Below are positions 25,862-34,168 of a DNA stretch of 64,000 nucleotides, one piece after another. The DNA lies in assembly GCA_947303085.1 (NCBI GenBank), contig CAMYXP010000005.1:71046-135045 (forward strand). Direction: 5' to 3'. Numbering within the stretch: the first letter of the stretch is position 1; the number at the start of each line of letters is the position of its first letter. Source of the stretch: an uncultured Bacteroidales bacterium (GTDB taxonomy: Bacteria > Bacteroidota > Bacteroidia > Bacteroidales > F082). A program made the position numbers and the translations under genes. Below the pieces are notes generated by a model. The model worked only from the letters and a program-made list of their open reading frames with translations, did no database searches and had not been told where the DNA came from.

Positions 25862-27733
25862 TTAAATATTGACCACCTTCATGCAACAATTTTTGCAGTC
25901 GAAATCAAGGCGGAATCGACCGCGGTCGTTGCTAATATATAAAGGTGAAGCCGGTTTGCCGGTCTCCTTTGCGCACATCCCGTTGGCATAACGTATGCAA
26001 TGTTTGGTGGTCATCACCACGATCTCGCCATCAGGCGTTGTCTTTTCCAGACCGTCGTCGATATGCGCAATGCCATGATTCTCATAAAATTGACGTGACA
26101 GGGAATTGGTGACGTTGCCGAGATATGATAGATGATCGCCCAAACCGTCATTTCGACCGACCGCAGGGAGCGGAGAAAGCTCCGACAATTGAATGTCACA
26201 ATGTTTTTGTTTGACGGAGATTTCTCCATTCCGCTTCACTTCGTTATGCTTCAGTCGAAATGACGACTCCAATTCAACAACCAGTTGGCGTTTCATCTCA
26301 CCGAGAATCGATGCCGGAATAAAATACATCGTATCTAATTGAATATCAATGTTTTTAACAACAAATTTTGTATCGCCCCATTGTGATAATTTGGTGCGGA
26401 TTGTCTCGAGCGCCTTCTCTGGATTCTTTGCGATGTCTTTCTGGCATTGTAATGAAACGCTGACGTTTTCTGATGACAAACGGAAACCGTCAGAGGTCTC
26501 GGATAGTTCTAGGTTGATTGCGATTTTGCGGTTACCAGTGGAGGCGTCAACGGATCGCTGCCATTGAATGTCATAGTTGCGATACAATGAGATTCCTCGC
26601 ACCTGCGGTGCTCGGAATGACAACGGCGCTGAACTTAAGATTGTGTCATTTTCGACGCCGTTGACGTTAAATCCTTGCAATTCATTGTTTTCATCCAAGA
26701 AACACAATCCATCGCCGTTATGCAGCGTTATTCCTTCTTTCAGCTTTACGGTCATGCGTTTGCCGTCGATTTTCTTGATTTCGCCGATGTACTCACCCAT
26801 CGATTTCGGGGTAAACGGCGAATCAATATTTTTTTGTCTACCATGAAGGAAATAATCAGTGAAACCACGCGAAAACGACTTCTCAAGATTTGGAACGAAA
26901 GATGGTGATGATATTCCTTTTGAAGATTTAGATATATCTGGTCTTCTGGCTATGATTTCGTCGAGAGCCTGACGGTAGAATGCCGTGGTATTCTTCACAT
27001 AATCAGCGTCTTTGAGACGGCCTTCTATTTTGAATGATGAAATGCCGGCGTCGATGAGCTCCTCGAGGTTTTTCGAGTTGTTCATATCGCGCAACGACAG
27101 CAGATGTCGGTTAGCAATCAATGTGTTACCGTTTTCATCTTCAAGGTTCCATTTCAATCGGCAGGGCTGCGCGCACGCTCCACGGTTGGCGGAACGATGT
27201 CCGATAACGTGACTCAAATAGCACTGACCGCTGTAGCTTACGCACAAAGCACCATGGACGAAGAATTCCAGTGGCACTGTCGTCTTCGAGCGAATATCTT
27301 TTATCTCGTTGACACTCAATTCTCTAGCCAGGACAACCTGTTGAAAACCAACATCTTCCAAAAACTTCACCTTCTCTGCAGTCTGGTTGTTGCATTGCGT
27401 CGAGGCATGAAGCGCGATAGGCGGCATATCCATCATCAGGAGCGCCATATCCTGGACTATGAGCGCGTCGACACCGGCGTTATAGCAGTCCCAAGCGATA
27501 GTGCGCGCTTGTTCCAACTCATTGTCGAACAACAAAGTATTGAGTGTGACATATACCTTCGCATCATAAATTGCCGCATGATTGCACAGTTTCTCGATAT
27601 CCTCAATGCTGTTACCAACTTTTTCTCGCGCGCCGAAGCTTGGTCCGCCGATATACACAGCATCAGCGCCGTGGTTGATGGCAGCCAGTCCAACCTCAAG
27701 ATTTTTCGCCGGTGAAAGAAGTTCTATTTTCAA
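25862..27733 (-). CDS. U32 family peptidase (collagenase-like / RNA-modification U32 family)
   Basis: MKIELLSPAKNLE...AINHGADAVYIGG, E.FVHGALC.SYSGQC.LS motif. Carries a 120-nt repeat-derived in-frame segment (see 26146). Confidence 0.85.
   Translation of the reverse strand: MKIELLSPAKNLEVGLAAINHGADAVYIGGPSFGAREKVGNSIEDIEKLCNHAAIYDAKVYVTLNTLLFDNELEQARTIAWDCYNAGVDALIVQDMALLMMDMPPIALHASTQCNNQTAEKVKFLEDVGFQQVVLARELSVNEIKDIRSKTTVPLEFFVHGALCVSYSGQCYLSHVIGHRSANRGACAQPCRLKWNLEDENGNTLIANRHLLSLRDMNNSKNLEELIDAGISSFKIEGRLKDADYVKNTTAFYRQALDEIIARRPDISKSSKGISSPSFVPNLEKSFSRGFTDYFLHGRQKNIDSPFTPKSMGEYIGEIKKIDGKRMTVKLKEGITLHNGDGLCFLDENNELQGFNVNGVENDTILSSAPLSFRAPQVRGISLYRNYDIQWQRSVDASTGNRKIAINLELSETSDGFRLSSENVSVSLQCQKDIAKNPEKALETIRTKLSQWGDTKFVVKNIDIQLDTMYFIPASILGEMKRQLVVELESSFRLKHNEVKRNGEISVKQKHCDIQLSELSPLPAVGRNDGLGDHLSYLGNVTNSLSRQFYENHGIAHIDDGLEKTTPDGEIVVMTTKHCIRYANGMCAKETGKPASPLYISNDRGRFRLDFDCKNCCMKVVNI
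26146..26265. repeat. 120-nt composite element: two inverted copies of the repeat, with perfect 12-bp terminal inverted repeats CGTCATTTCGAC / GTCGAAATGACG
   Basis: Left arm 26146-26183: CGTCATTTCGACCGACCGCAGGGAGCGGAGAAAGCTCC. Right arm 26219-26265: GATTTCTCCATTCCGCTTCACTTCGTTATGCTTCAGTCGAAATGACG. Lies inside the U32 CDS; length is 40 codons. Confidence 0.85.
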
Positions 27734-27747
27734 AACAAATATTTTTG

Positions 27748-27755
27748 CAAAAATA
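27748..27755 (-). promoter_or_regulatory. -7 box TATTTTTG upstream of the U32 peptidase gene
   Basis: CAAAAATA on the plus strand, within the palindromic ATTTTTGCAAAAAT, 15 nt upstream of the ATG at 27733. Confidence 0.35.
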
Positions 27756-27760
27756 ACAAT

Positions 27761-29464
27761 TTATGATTTACGCCTGATAAAGAAAATGCTTCCCACATCA
27801 ACAAGTTCACCATCGTATAACTCAATGATTTTCATCCTATTTCGACGAATGAACTTTTTCAGTTCCTTGCATTCCTTCAGATGTTTCAACGAGCCGCACA
27901 CCACAACGCAGTCGTCGACAAGCCCGCAACAGCCCGGGAAGAACCCGTGATTGTGTCCCGGAAGCGCAATCTGATGCGGGTCGACATAAAAAACATTGCA
28001 GCCGTTTTCCTCCAAAACTCGTTTTATCCCAAAATCAGATGTGATGAAATTCTTTTCATCCAACGCCAACAAATTACATCGCGTATATCCTTGATTTACA
28101 TTTAGTTGCACGGATTTTGTCGATATTTTTTTATAAAAATCCAATATCGACAAATCGGTATATAACAAATTGTGTATCAATATGTTACCCACACCGATAG
28201 CATTATACGGAACAGTTTCCGGATATTTGTGGCCTACTGATTTATCACCCTTAATAACAGTGATATTTTCCGGTAATTTAATATCGACATTTTCCGCACA
28301 AATCACTGAATCACAATGTTTTTCATTATGGCAAAAGAAGAAAATATCGGGATGAGAAGAAATTGAAGGATATGCCTTGTCGGAAGGCTCGAGCCAGGTG
28401 ACGGAGCCTAGTTTGGAGAGGGATTCACGGGCAGCAGCGGGCATCATGCTACTCGCTATAATAGTCACGTCATTTCGAAGGATTTCTCCGCTCCCTTCGG
28501 TCGGTCGAAATGACGGTTTAAAGGCAACGTGTTTGTATCGTTCCTGCAATTTCTTTTTGTTCTCCCCCTTATACCCTATCGCATGATTTAATTCGTTTTC
28601 CGGCACCTCGATGACGATTTTATCAGATTTTTCATCGATTTTATCAAATTTCCGACCCCATAACCTACTGAAAACCATCTCGGCGAAGTTTTTGTGATAT
28701 GGTCCGGCGACAAAGGCATCGCCATTCAAATCGTCGGAGGTGTGAAGGCCTATCCTAAGAACCTTCACATCGTTTTCGGTGAAATATTCGTAAAGCGTCG
28801 CCGACTGTTCGACAGCGTCGTTCAAGGTCAAAGGCGCATACTCTCCGTTTTTGTAAATCCGCTCTAACTCAGTGTCTTTCACCACGATACACGGATAGAT
28901 ACGCGTCTCCTTTGCACCAAGCCGCACAATATCTTTTGCCGTTTGCATGTCATAATCAAAACAATCGAACGGCAAGCCTATCATCATCTGCAATCCAAGC
29001 GTAATACTTTCATTAACAATGATTTGAGAGGCATTTTTGATATCTTTGAAGGTATGTCCGCGACCACATTTCCGCAAAACCGCATCATTTGTACTTTGCG
29101 CCCCCAGCTCAATGTGTTTCATACCGAAATTTTTCAGTGTTTTCACCCTGTTTTCGTCGATATAATCAGGACGGGTGCTGCATCTGATGCCGTCGACGAG
29201 GCCTTTTTCGAGGTAAGGCTGCACGATTTTCAAGAAATCATCCTGCATTTTTTCAGGAAGACCAGTGAAATTGCCACCGAAAAACGCCACCTCAACACAC
29301 CTGTCATTTTCCTTAAAAGATGCCAAATAATTCTCGATAGTATTTTTAACATCCTGAATATCAGGCAGTTTCTGCTTGCCGGTAATGCTAAACTGATTGC
29401 AGTAAACGCATCTGAAAGGACAGGCGAGTTCAGGTAAAAATATCGGTATGTTGTAATGTTTCAT
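27761..29464 (-). CDS. Radical SAM (ELP3-like) protein fused to a C-terminal domain of about 230 aa and unknown function
   Basis: CPFRCVYCNQ (CxxxCxxC) at residues 15-22. TIM-barrel-type radical-SAM half to about residue 300, then the repeat-encoded linker SFRPTEGSGEILRND, then VTIIASSMMPAAARESLSKLG...HPDIFFF...GFFPGCCGLV (I recall DUF6873-like proteins starting this way; unverified). Confidence 0.75.
   Translation of the reverse strand: MKHYNIPIFLPELACPFRCVYCNQFSITGKQKLPDIQDVKNTIENYLASFKENDRCVEVAFFGGNFTGLPEKMQDDFLKIVQPYLEKGLVDGIRCSTRPDYIDENRVKTLKNFGMKHIELGAQSTNDAVLRKCGRGHTFKDIKNASQIIVNESITLGLQMMIGLPFDCFDYDMQTAKDIVRLGAKETRIYPCIVVKDTELERIYKNGEYAPLTLNDAVEQSATLYEYFTENDVKVLRIGLHTSDDLNGDAFVAGPYHKNFAEMVFSRLWGRKFDKIDEKSDKIVIEVPENELNHAIGYKGENKKKLQERYKHVAFKPSFRPTEGSGEILRNDVTIIASSMMPAAARESLSKLGSVTWLEPSDKAYPSISSHPDIFFFCHNEKHCDSVICAENVDIKLPENITVIKGDKSVGHKYPETVPYNAIGVGNILIHNLLYTDLSILDFYKKISTKSVQLNVNQGYTRCNLLALDEKNFITSDFGIKRVLEENGCNVFYVDPHQIALPGHNHGFFPGCCGLVDDCVVVCGSLKHLKECKELKKFIRRNRMKIIELYDGELVDVGSIFFIRRKS
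28468..28515. repeat. 48-nt MITE-like element with 11-bp terminal inverted repeats (CGTCATTTCGA / TCGAAATGACG)
   Basis: CGTCATTTCGAAGGATTTCTCCGCTCCCTTCGGTCGGTCGAAATGACG lies inside the radical-SAM fusion CDS. 16 codons, encoding SFRPTEGSGEILRND. Confidence 0.85.
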
Positions 29465-29523
29465 TTCGACTTCAAAATTGCTAAAAAATCTTGAATAATC
29501 TTACATCTTATCAAAATAATTCT

Positions 29524-29531
29524 TAACTTTG
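29524..29531 (+). promoter_or_regulatory. -7 box TAACTTTG for the 4-gene LRR operon
   Basis: 38 nt upstream of the ATG at 29569. Confidence 0.45.
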
Positions 29532-29568
29532 CGAGTTATTATATTAATTAGATTTAAATTTTCGCAAA

Positions 29569-30210
29569 ATGTTAAAACATCTTAAAAGTACTATTATCAT
29601 TGCAATGATTGCCCTCGTAACTATCTGTGGAGCAACAAGTTGCAAATCATCAAAGAAATTATCAAAGAAAGAGTACAAGGCAAGAGTCGAGGCAGCTACC
29701 AAAGACTTGAATGCCATCCTCAACGATGAAACAGAGTGGACTTTGGAAGAACAGCAAGCCCGTGTCGAGGAAATCAGACAGACTGATTTCTCGAAAAAGA
29801 ACCCTGAGATTGTTGAAATGATAGAACGCGCCGAGGCTAAGATAGCCAGAGAAATGGCCGAGAGAGACCGATTGGCTGAAGAGCAGCGCATAGCCGAAGA
29901 GCAACGGCTTCGCGAGATTGAGGAGCAAAACAAGCCCAAGACGAGTCTCGCCGACTATTTCACAATGATTGCCAGCGCAAAAGACGCCGCAACAGCCAAC
30001 AGCACCATCAACGAGGCTCTTAAGTTGTTCGAATCACCTGACGCTGTTGTCCTCATCCGCCTCAACAACTACGGCGACTACGACCGTCCGACGACAGCCG
30101 TCGATTACCTCAACTATCTGAAAGACCAGAAAAAGGTTAACGTCGGCATCGACAACATCAAATACAACGAAGAAAACAAGATTACTGAACTCGAATTAAT
30201 TAAGAAATAA
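29569..30210 (+). CDS. Hypothetical lipoprotein with a charged coiled-coil and a C-terminal domain shared with the next genes
   Basis: Signal/lipobox ...ICGATSC; E/R/A-rich helix (AREMAERDRLAEEQRIAEEQRLREIEEQ); first gene of a coupled 4-gene operon. Confidence 0.55.
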   Translation: MLKHLKSTIIIAMIALVTICGATSCKSSKKLSKKEYKARVEAATKDLNAILNDETEWTLEEQQARVEEIRQTDFSKKNPEIVEMIERAEAKIAREMAERDRLAEEQRIAEEQRLREIEEQNKPKTSLADYFTMIASAKDAATANSTINEALKLFESPDAVVLIRLNNYGDYDRPTTAVDYLNYLKDQKKVNVGIDNIKYNEENKITELELIKK

Positions 30211-30211
30211 G

Positions 30212-30796
30212 ATGAAAAAGGTATTATTTGCAATAGCATTCGCATTTTTCGCATTCACAGGTTACCAGGCATTCGCACAAGAGCCTGAATTAAGTCCTGA
30301 ACGCAAGCAAGCCATTGACAGTCTTGCACTTGAGAAAGTTCGCGACCTGTCGAAATATGTTAAACTGATTGGTTCGAAGAACACTCCATGGAGCGAGGCA
30401 AACCGCGTCATCGACCGCGCTGAAGAGCTCTTCGCACCAGATGCCGAAATCGGTGTTTCTTCATTGGCAAAGACAAAAGTCGAATACTACAAAGTCCGCC
30501 AGTACCTCGAGAGACTGATGCGCCTCAACTACGACCGCGTTGAAATTGACTGGTATAACATTCAGTATGTGTCTGATTTACAGCGTCAACCTGACGGAAC
30601 ATACGTCGGTGTGATTACTATTTTCCAGACATTCAAAGGCTACGACGCTGAAGGCAGGCTCGTTTATCAGGACACCACAAAGAAAGACATCACTGTGTAT
30701 GTGAAGCGCAAAGAGACACAAATCGGTGGCCGTCTCATCGGCTTCTGGGATGTGTTACTCGGCGACATGCGCGTGAAAGAAACTACCAATAAATAA
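30212..30796 (+). CDS. Hypothetical secreted protein
   Basis: Signal MKKVLFAIAFAFFAFTGYQAFAQ; starts 1 nt after the preceding stop. Confidence 0.55.
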   Translation: MKKVLFAIAFAFFAFTGYQAFAQEPELSPERKQAIDSLALEKVRDLSKYVKLIGSKNTPWSEANRVIDRAEELFAPDAEIGVSSLAKTKVEYYKVRQYLERLMRLNYDRVEIDWYNIQYVSDLQRQPDGTYVGVITIFQTFKGYDAEGRLVYQDTTKKDITVYVKRKETQIGGRLIGFWDVLLGDMRVKETTNK

Positions 30797-31644
30797 TGAG
30801 TAAGTCATTGAGAATCATAGTGCCAGTGTTGATGCTGGCACTTTGTTTTAAGGTCAACGCCCAAGTGAGTGGCAACCTCGGCGAAGTCCAGATGGACGAG
30901 CGTGAGCTCTACACCATGACGAAGCAGATGGGGCAGTTCATTCACAGGTTTAACTACGAAGAAGACCCTTCGGGCAAACGCTTGTACCCGAGCGACAAGG
31001 ATTATCGCAGCGCCGCCAAACGCAAGGACGCTCTCCCACTGCTGTTCGACCTCGACAACCCGAGAACATCAGGCACACTGCGCGACTTTTTCGTTGAAGA
31101 CCTCACAAAAAACAACAACCAATTCTTTGAATTCCTCGGAGGCGACTGGTTCTCAGAGGTTTCAGCAAAATTCAAATGGAAAGGCCAGGAAGTCGACGTG
31201 AGCATGATTCTGACGTTGGAAAAAGACGGACTCGGCTCGAAATGGGTCATATCGAACGTGTTTTTCTCGGAGTTTCAGAAAAATTTTCCGCAAGGAGAGT
31301 TGGCCGAACGCGAGAAGCACTTCCTCCACCCTATGAGCCACGAACTCGACTTCATGAATATCTATAAAATATTCAAAGACCCGGAAATCATTGAGTATTA
31401 TGCTTCTACAGAATATACGCCAGATTATATGACATTGTTTTTCTATGAAATAAAACAAGGAAATCTGAAATTCGACCACGTGGAAAATGTGAAATTCCAT
31501 GTGTTCCAAATCAAAAACTGGTATTTTGAAGTCTCATGGTTCAACAGAAGAGGCTACAACTCAGGTTGGCTTATTTCGAACCTTGTTTATCTGAAAGATT
31601 CTGAAAAAGAAGCACTTTTAAAGCTTTATCAACCTAAAAGATGA
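30796..31644 (+). CDS. Hypothetical secreted protein
   Basis: Signal MSKSLRIIVPVLMLALCFKVNAQ; start overlaps the previous stop (TAATG). Confidence 0.55.
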   Translation: MSKSLRIIVPVLMLALCFKVNAQVSGNLGEVQMDERELYTMTKQMGQFIHRFNYEEDPSGKRLYPSDKDYRSAAKRKDALPLLFDLDNPRTSGTLRDFFVEDLTKNNNQFFEFLGGDWFSEVSAKFKWKGQEVDVSMILTLEKDGLGSKWVISNVFFSEFQKNFPQGELAEREKHFLHPMSHELDFMNIYKIFKDPEIIEYYASTEYTPDYMTLFFYEIKQGNLKFDHVENVKFHVFQIKNWYFEVSWFNRRGYNSGWLISNLVYLKDSEKEALLKLYQPKR

Positions 31645-34160
31645 AAAAATTAGTTTTTATTGCGATTTTGTTTTTGTCTTGCTACAGCACTTTCGCCCAG
31701 AAAAGCAGCCTCAGCAAGGATGAAATTGAAGAGTATTCAAGCCAGATAAGAATGATGGTGCGATACCTCGAGGAAACCTTTTCATTTATTGGCGATCCCG
31801 AGACCAGTGCCCAGGAAAAAGACATCGTTTTTAAGGAGAGCTACGCCAAGATTTTCAAAGACGAAGACGTTCAGATTGAAGACGACCTCGACGATAACCG
31901 CAGCACCTATATTAATAAGGATGTTCAGGCATATCTGAAAGACATCGATTTCTTCTTCAAAGACATAAAATTCACTCTAAAAATCGACGACATACAGCCG
32001 CAGACCAGCGAAAACGGCGACACCTACTTCAAAGTGACTATGATGAGGACCATCGTCGGCCACAACATCGTTGGCGACAGCGTGAACAACACATGCAAAC
32101 GTTTCATGGAAATCAACGTCGACCCGGCGAAAAAAGACATGAAGATTGTGAGCATGTACACCACCAAACCTAATGAGACTGAAGAGCTTAGGACTTGGTG
32201 GAACAGAATGCCGTCGGCTTGGAAATTCTATTTCGGCGAGAATCAATTCATCATCGACTCAATCGAAATAAAAAATCTAATTCATATCTTCCGCGACTCC
32301 ATAGTGGTGGTCGACGACAGCCTTGTGGAAAGCACCTTGGCGTGCGACATGCCGGTTTTATATGAAAAACTGACCAATTTCACGAAAATCACCGACGTGG
32401 ACATCAGTCAGAACCCGTACATTCACACACTCGACCCGCTTTATGAGCTTTCTGACCTGCAAAGTCTCAACTGCTCAGGCACCGATGTCGAAGACATCTA
32501 CCCAATTAGAAATCTCAACAAAATCAATAACTTAGATATCAGCAACACAGCAATAAAAGACATTTCCGATTTACGATACACCAACGACATCAAGAATCTG
32601 AAAGCCGAGAATCTGCGACTCAACGATATTGAAATCATAGGGCTTTATCACAAGCTCATCAACCTTTCGTTGGCCGGTACCGACGTCGAAAACATCAGTG
32701 TTTTAGGCAATTGCGAGATGCTAACCAACCTCGACCTTTCAAATACCAAGATTACAAGTCTGGATTCGGTGGTTCTGCCGCAATCGCTGCATTATCTGAA
32801 CATCAGCAACACCGAAGTTTCCGATTTGACACCATTGGCAAACCTCGAAAACCTGCAGTTGCTGGTCATCGACAATACTTTAGTGACAGACTTGTCGCCA
32901 TTGTCTAACTTAACCAAACTCAATGAGTTACAGTGCCGAAACACCAATATTGGCGACATCATGCCGCTCAAAGACATGCAAAATCTCGTGAGGATATACT
33001 GCGACAACACTCAAATCGATTCTGACAAAGCCGACGCTTTCAAGAAAGAAAACAGAAGAGTGATGGTGATTTACGAGACACAGGCGCTGCTCGATTGGTG
33101 GGACGGACTTCAGGTGTTCTGGAAAACGACCATCGCTAAGCAAAACAACACCGACGTCAACCCGACGCCTGAGGAGCTGCATTCCATCATCAGCATGAAA
33201 TCACTCACTTTGGAACCATTCTTCCAGGATGCGCTGCCGATTGAGAGACTTACAAGTTTGGAAACCCTTGAGCTTGAAAATACGAAAATCGTCGATCTCA
33301 CTCCGCTTCACGGCTTGCACAATTTGAGATATCTCAATATTAAAAACACCAAGATCAGCGATTTAAAACCAATCGAAAGCCTCAGTAACTTATTGGAAAT
33401 CAATATAGAGAACACTCTGGTCTCAGATTTGACACCACTTGCCAACATGCCACATCTCACCATGGTGAAAGCCGAAAACAGCAAGGTCAATTCGGAGCAG
33501 GTGTTCAAGCTTAGAACCGCGCAACCTAATGTGACGGTGATTTATCAGACCGACGAGTTAAGAACTTGGTGGAACATGCTCGACAACGACTGGAGAGAGG
33601 TTTTCAGAAGAATCGTCGACATCGACACCAACCCTACTGCCGAGCAGCTGCAAGCCGTCGCCGACATCGAGGAAATTGAAGTCGACACTCGCATCATGAT
33701 TTCGAGTCTGGAGCCTCTGACAAAGCTTATGTTCCTTAAGAAATTGATTATCAAGGACAACCATATCACCGACTTGAGTCCGTTGAGCAATTTGAAACTA
33801 TTGAACGAGCTTCAAATTGACGGCAATGCCATCAACGATTTGATGCCTTTGGCAGGAAACAAGAAGATTGAGGTTCTGTCGATTGAGAACACCAACATCA
33901 CCGACATCAACGCGCTGGAATACATGAGCGAACTGAGAATTCTCGACATCGCGAATACTAAGATTAAGAATATCAAGGTTTTAGCTAAATGTCCGAAACT
34001 CGAGGAGTTGAACGTAGCCAACACCAACATCAAGTCGCTCTCGCCTGTCGCGAACACCAGCACTTTAAGATACGTAAAGGCGATTGGCTCAAGAGTCAAG
34101 TCGAAGGAGATTGATGAGTTGAGAACTCAACGACCTGAGCTAAACATCATACATCACTAG
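31641..34160 (+). CDS. Secreted leucine-rich repeat protein (internalin-like 22-residue LRRs, three modules)
   Basis: Signal MKKLVFIAILFLSCYSTFAQ. Many LxxLxLxxTxIxDLxPL repeats. ATGA overlap with the previous gene. Confidence 0.75.
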   Translation: MKKLVFIAILFLSCYSTFAQKSSLSKDEIEEYSSQIRMMVRYLEETFSFIGDPETSAQEKDIVFKESYAKIFKDEDVQIEDDLDDNRSTYINKDVQAYLKDIDFFFKDIKFTLKIDDIQPQTSENGDTYFKVTMMRTIVGHNIVGDSVNNTCKRFMEINVDPAKKDMKIVSMYTTKPNETEELRTWWNRMPSAWKFYFGENQFIIDSIEIKNLIHIFRDSIVVVDDSLVESTLACDMPVLYEKLTNFTKITDVDISQNPYIHTLDPLYELSDLQSLNCSGTDVEDIYPIRNLNKINNLDISNTAIKDISDLRYTNDIKNLKAENLRLNDIEIIGLYHKLINLSLAGTDVENISVLGNCEMLTNLDLSNTKITSLDSVVLPQSLHYLNISNTEVSDLTPLANLENLQLLVIDNTLVTDLSPLSNLTKLNELQCRNTNIGDIMPLKDMQNLVRIYCDNTQIDSDKADAFKKENRRVMVIYETQALLDWWDGLQVFWKTTIAKQNNTDVNPTPEELHSIISMKSLTLEPFFQDALPIERLTSLETLELENTKIVDLTPLHGLHNLRYLNIKNTKISDLKPIESLSNLLEINIENTLVSDLTPLANMPHLTMVKAENSKVNSEQVFKLRTAQPNVTVIYQTDELRTWWNMLDNDWREVFRRIVDIDTNPTAEQLQAVADIEEIEVDTRIMISSLEPLTKLMFLKKLIIKDNHITDLSPLSNLKLLNELQIDGNAINDLMPLAGNKKIEVLSIENTNITDINALEYMSELRILDIANTKIKNIKVLAKCPKLEELNVANTNIKSLSPVANTSTLRYVKAIGSRVKSKEIDELRTQRPELNIIHH

Positions 34161-34168
34161 GAGAATCG

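Noticed and set aside
27734-27760. Palindromic ATTTTTGCAAAAAT between the radical-SAM and U32 genes as a possible operator.
   Set aside because: It is most simply two back-to-back TAnnTTTG-like words in AT-rich spacer DNA. There is too little evidence for a regulatory palindrome beyond the promoter call.
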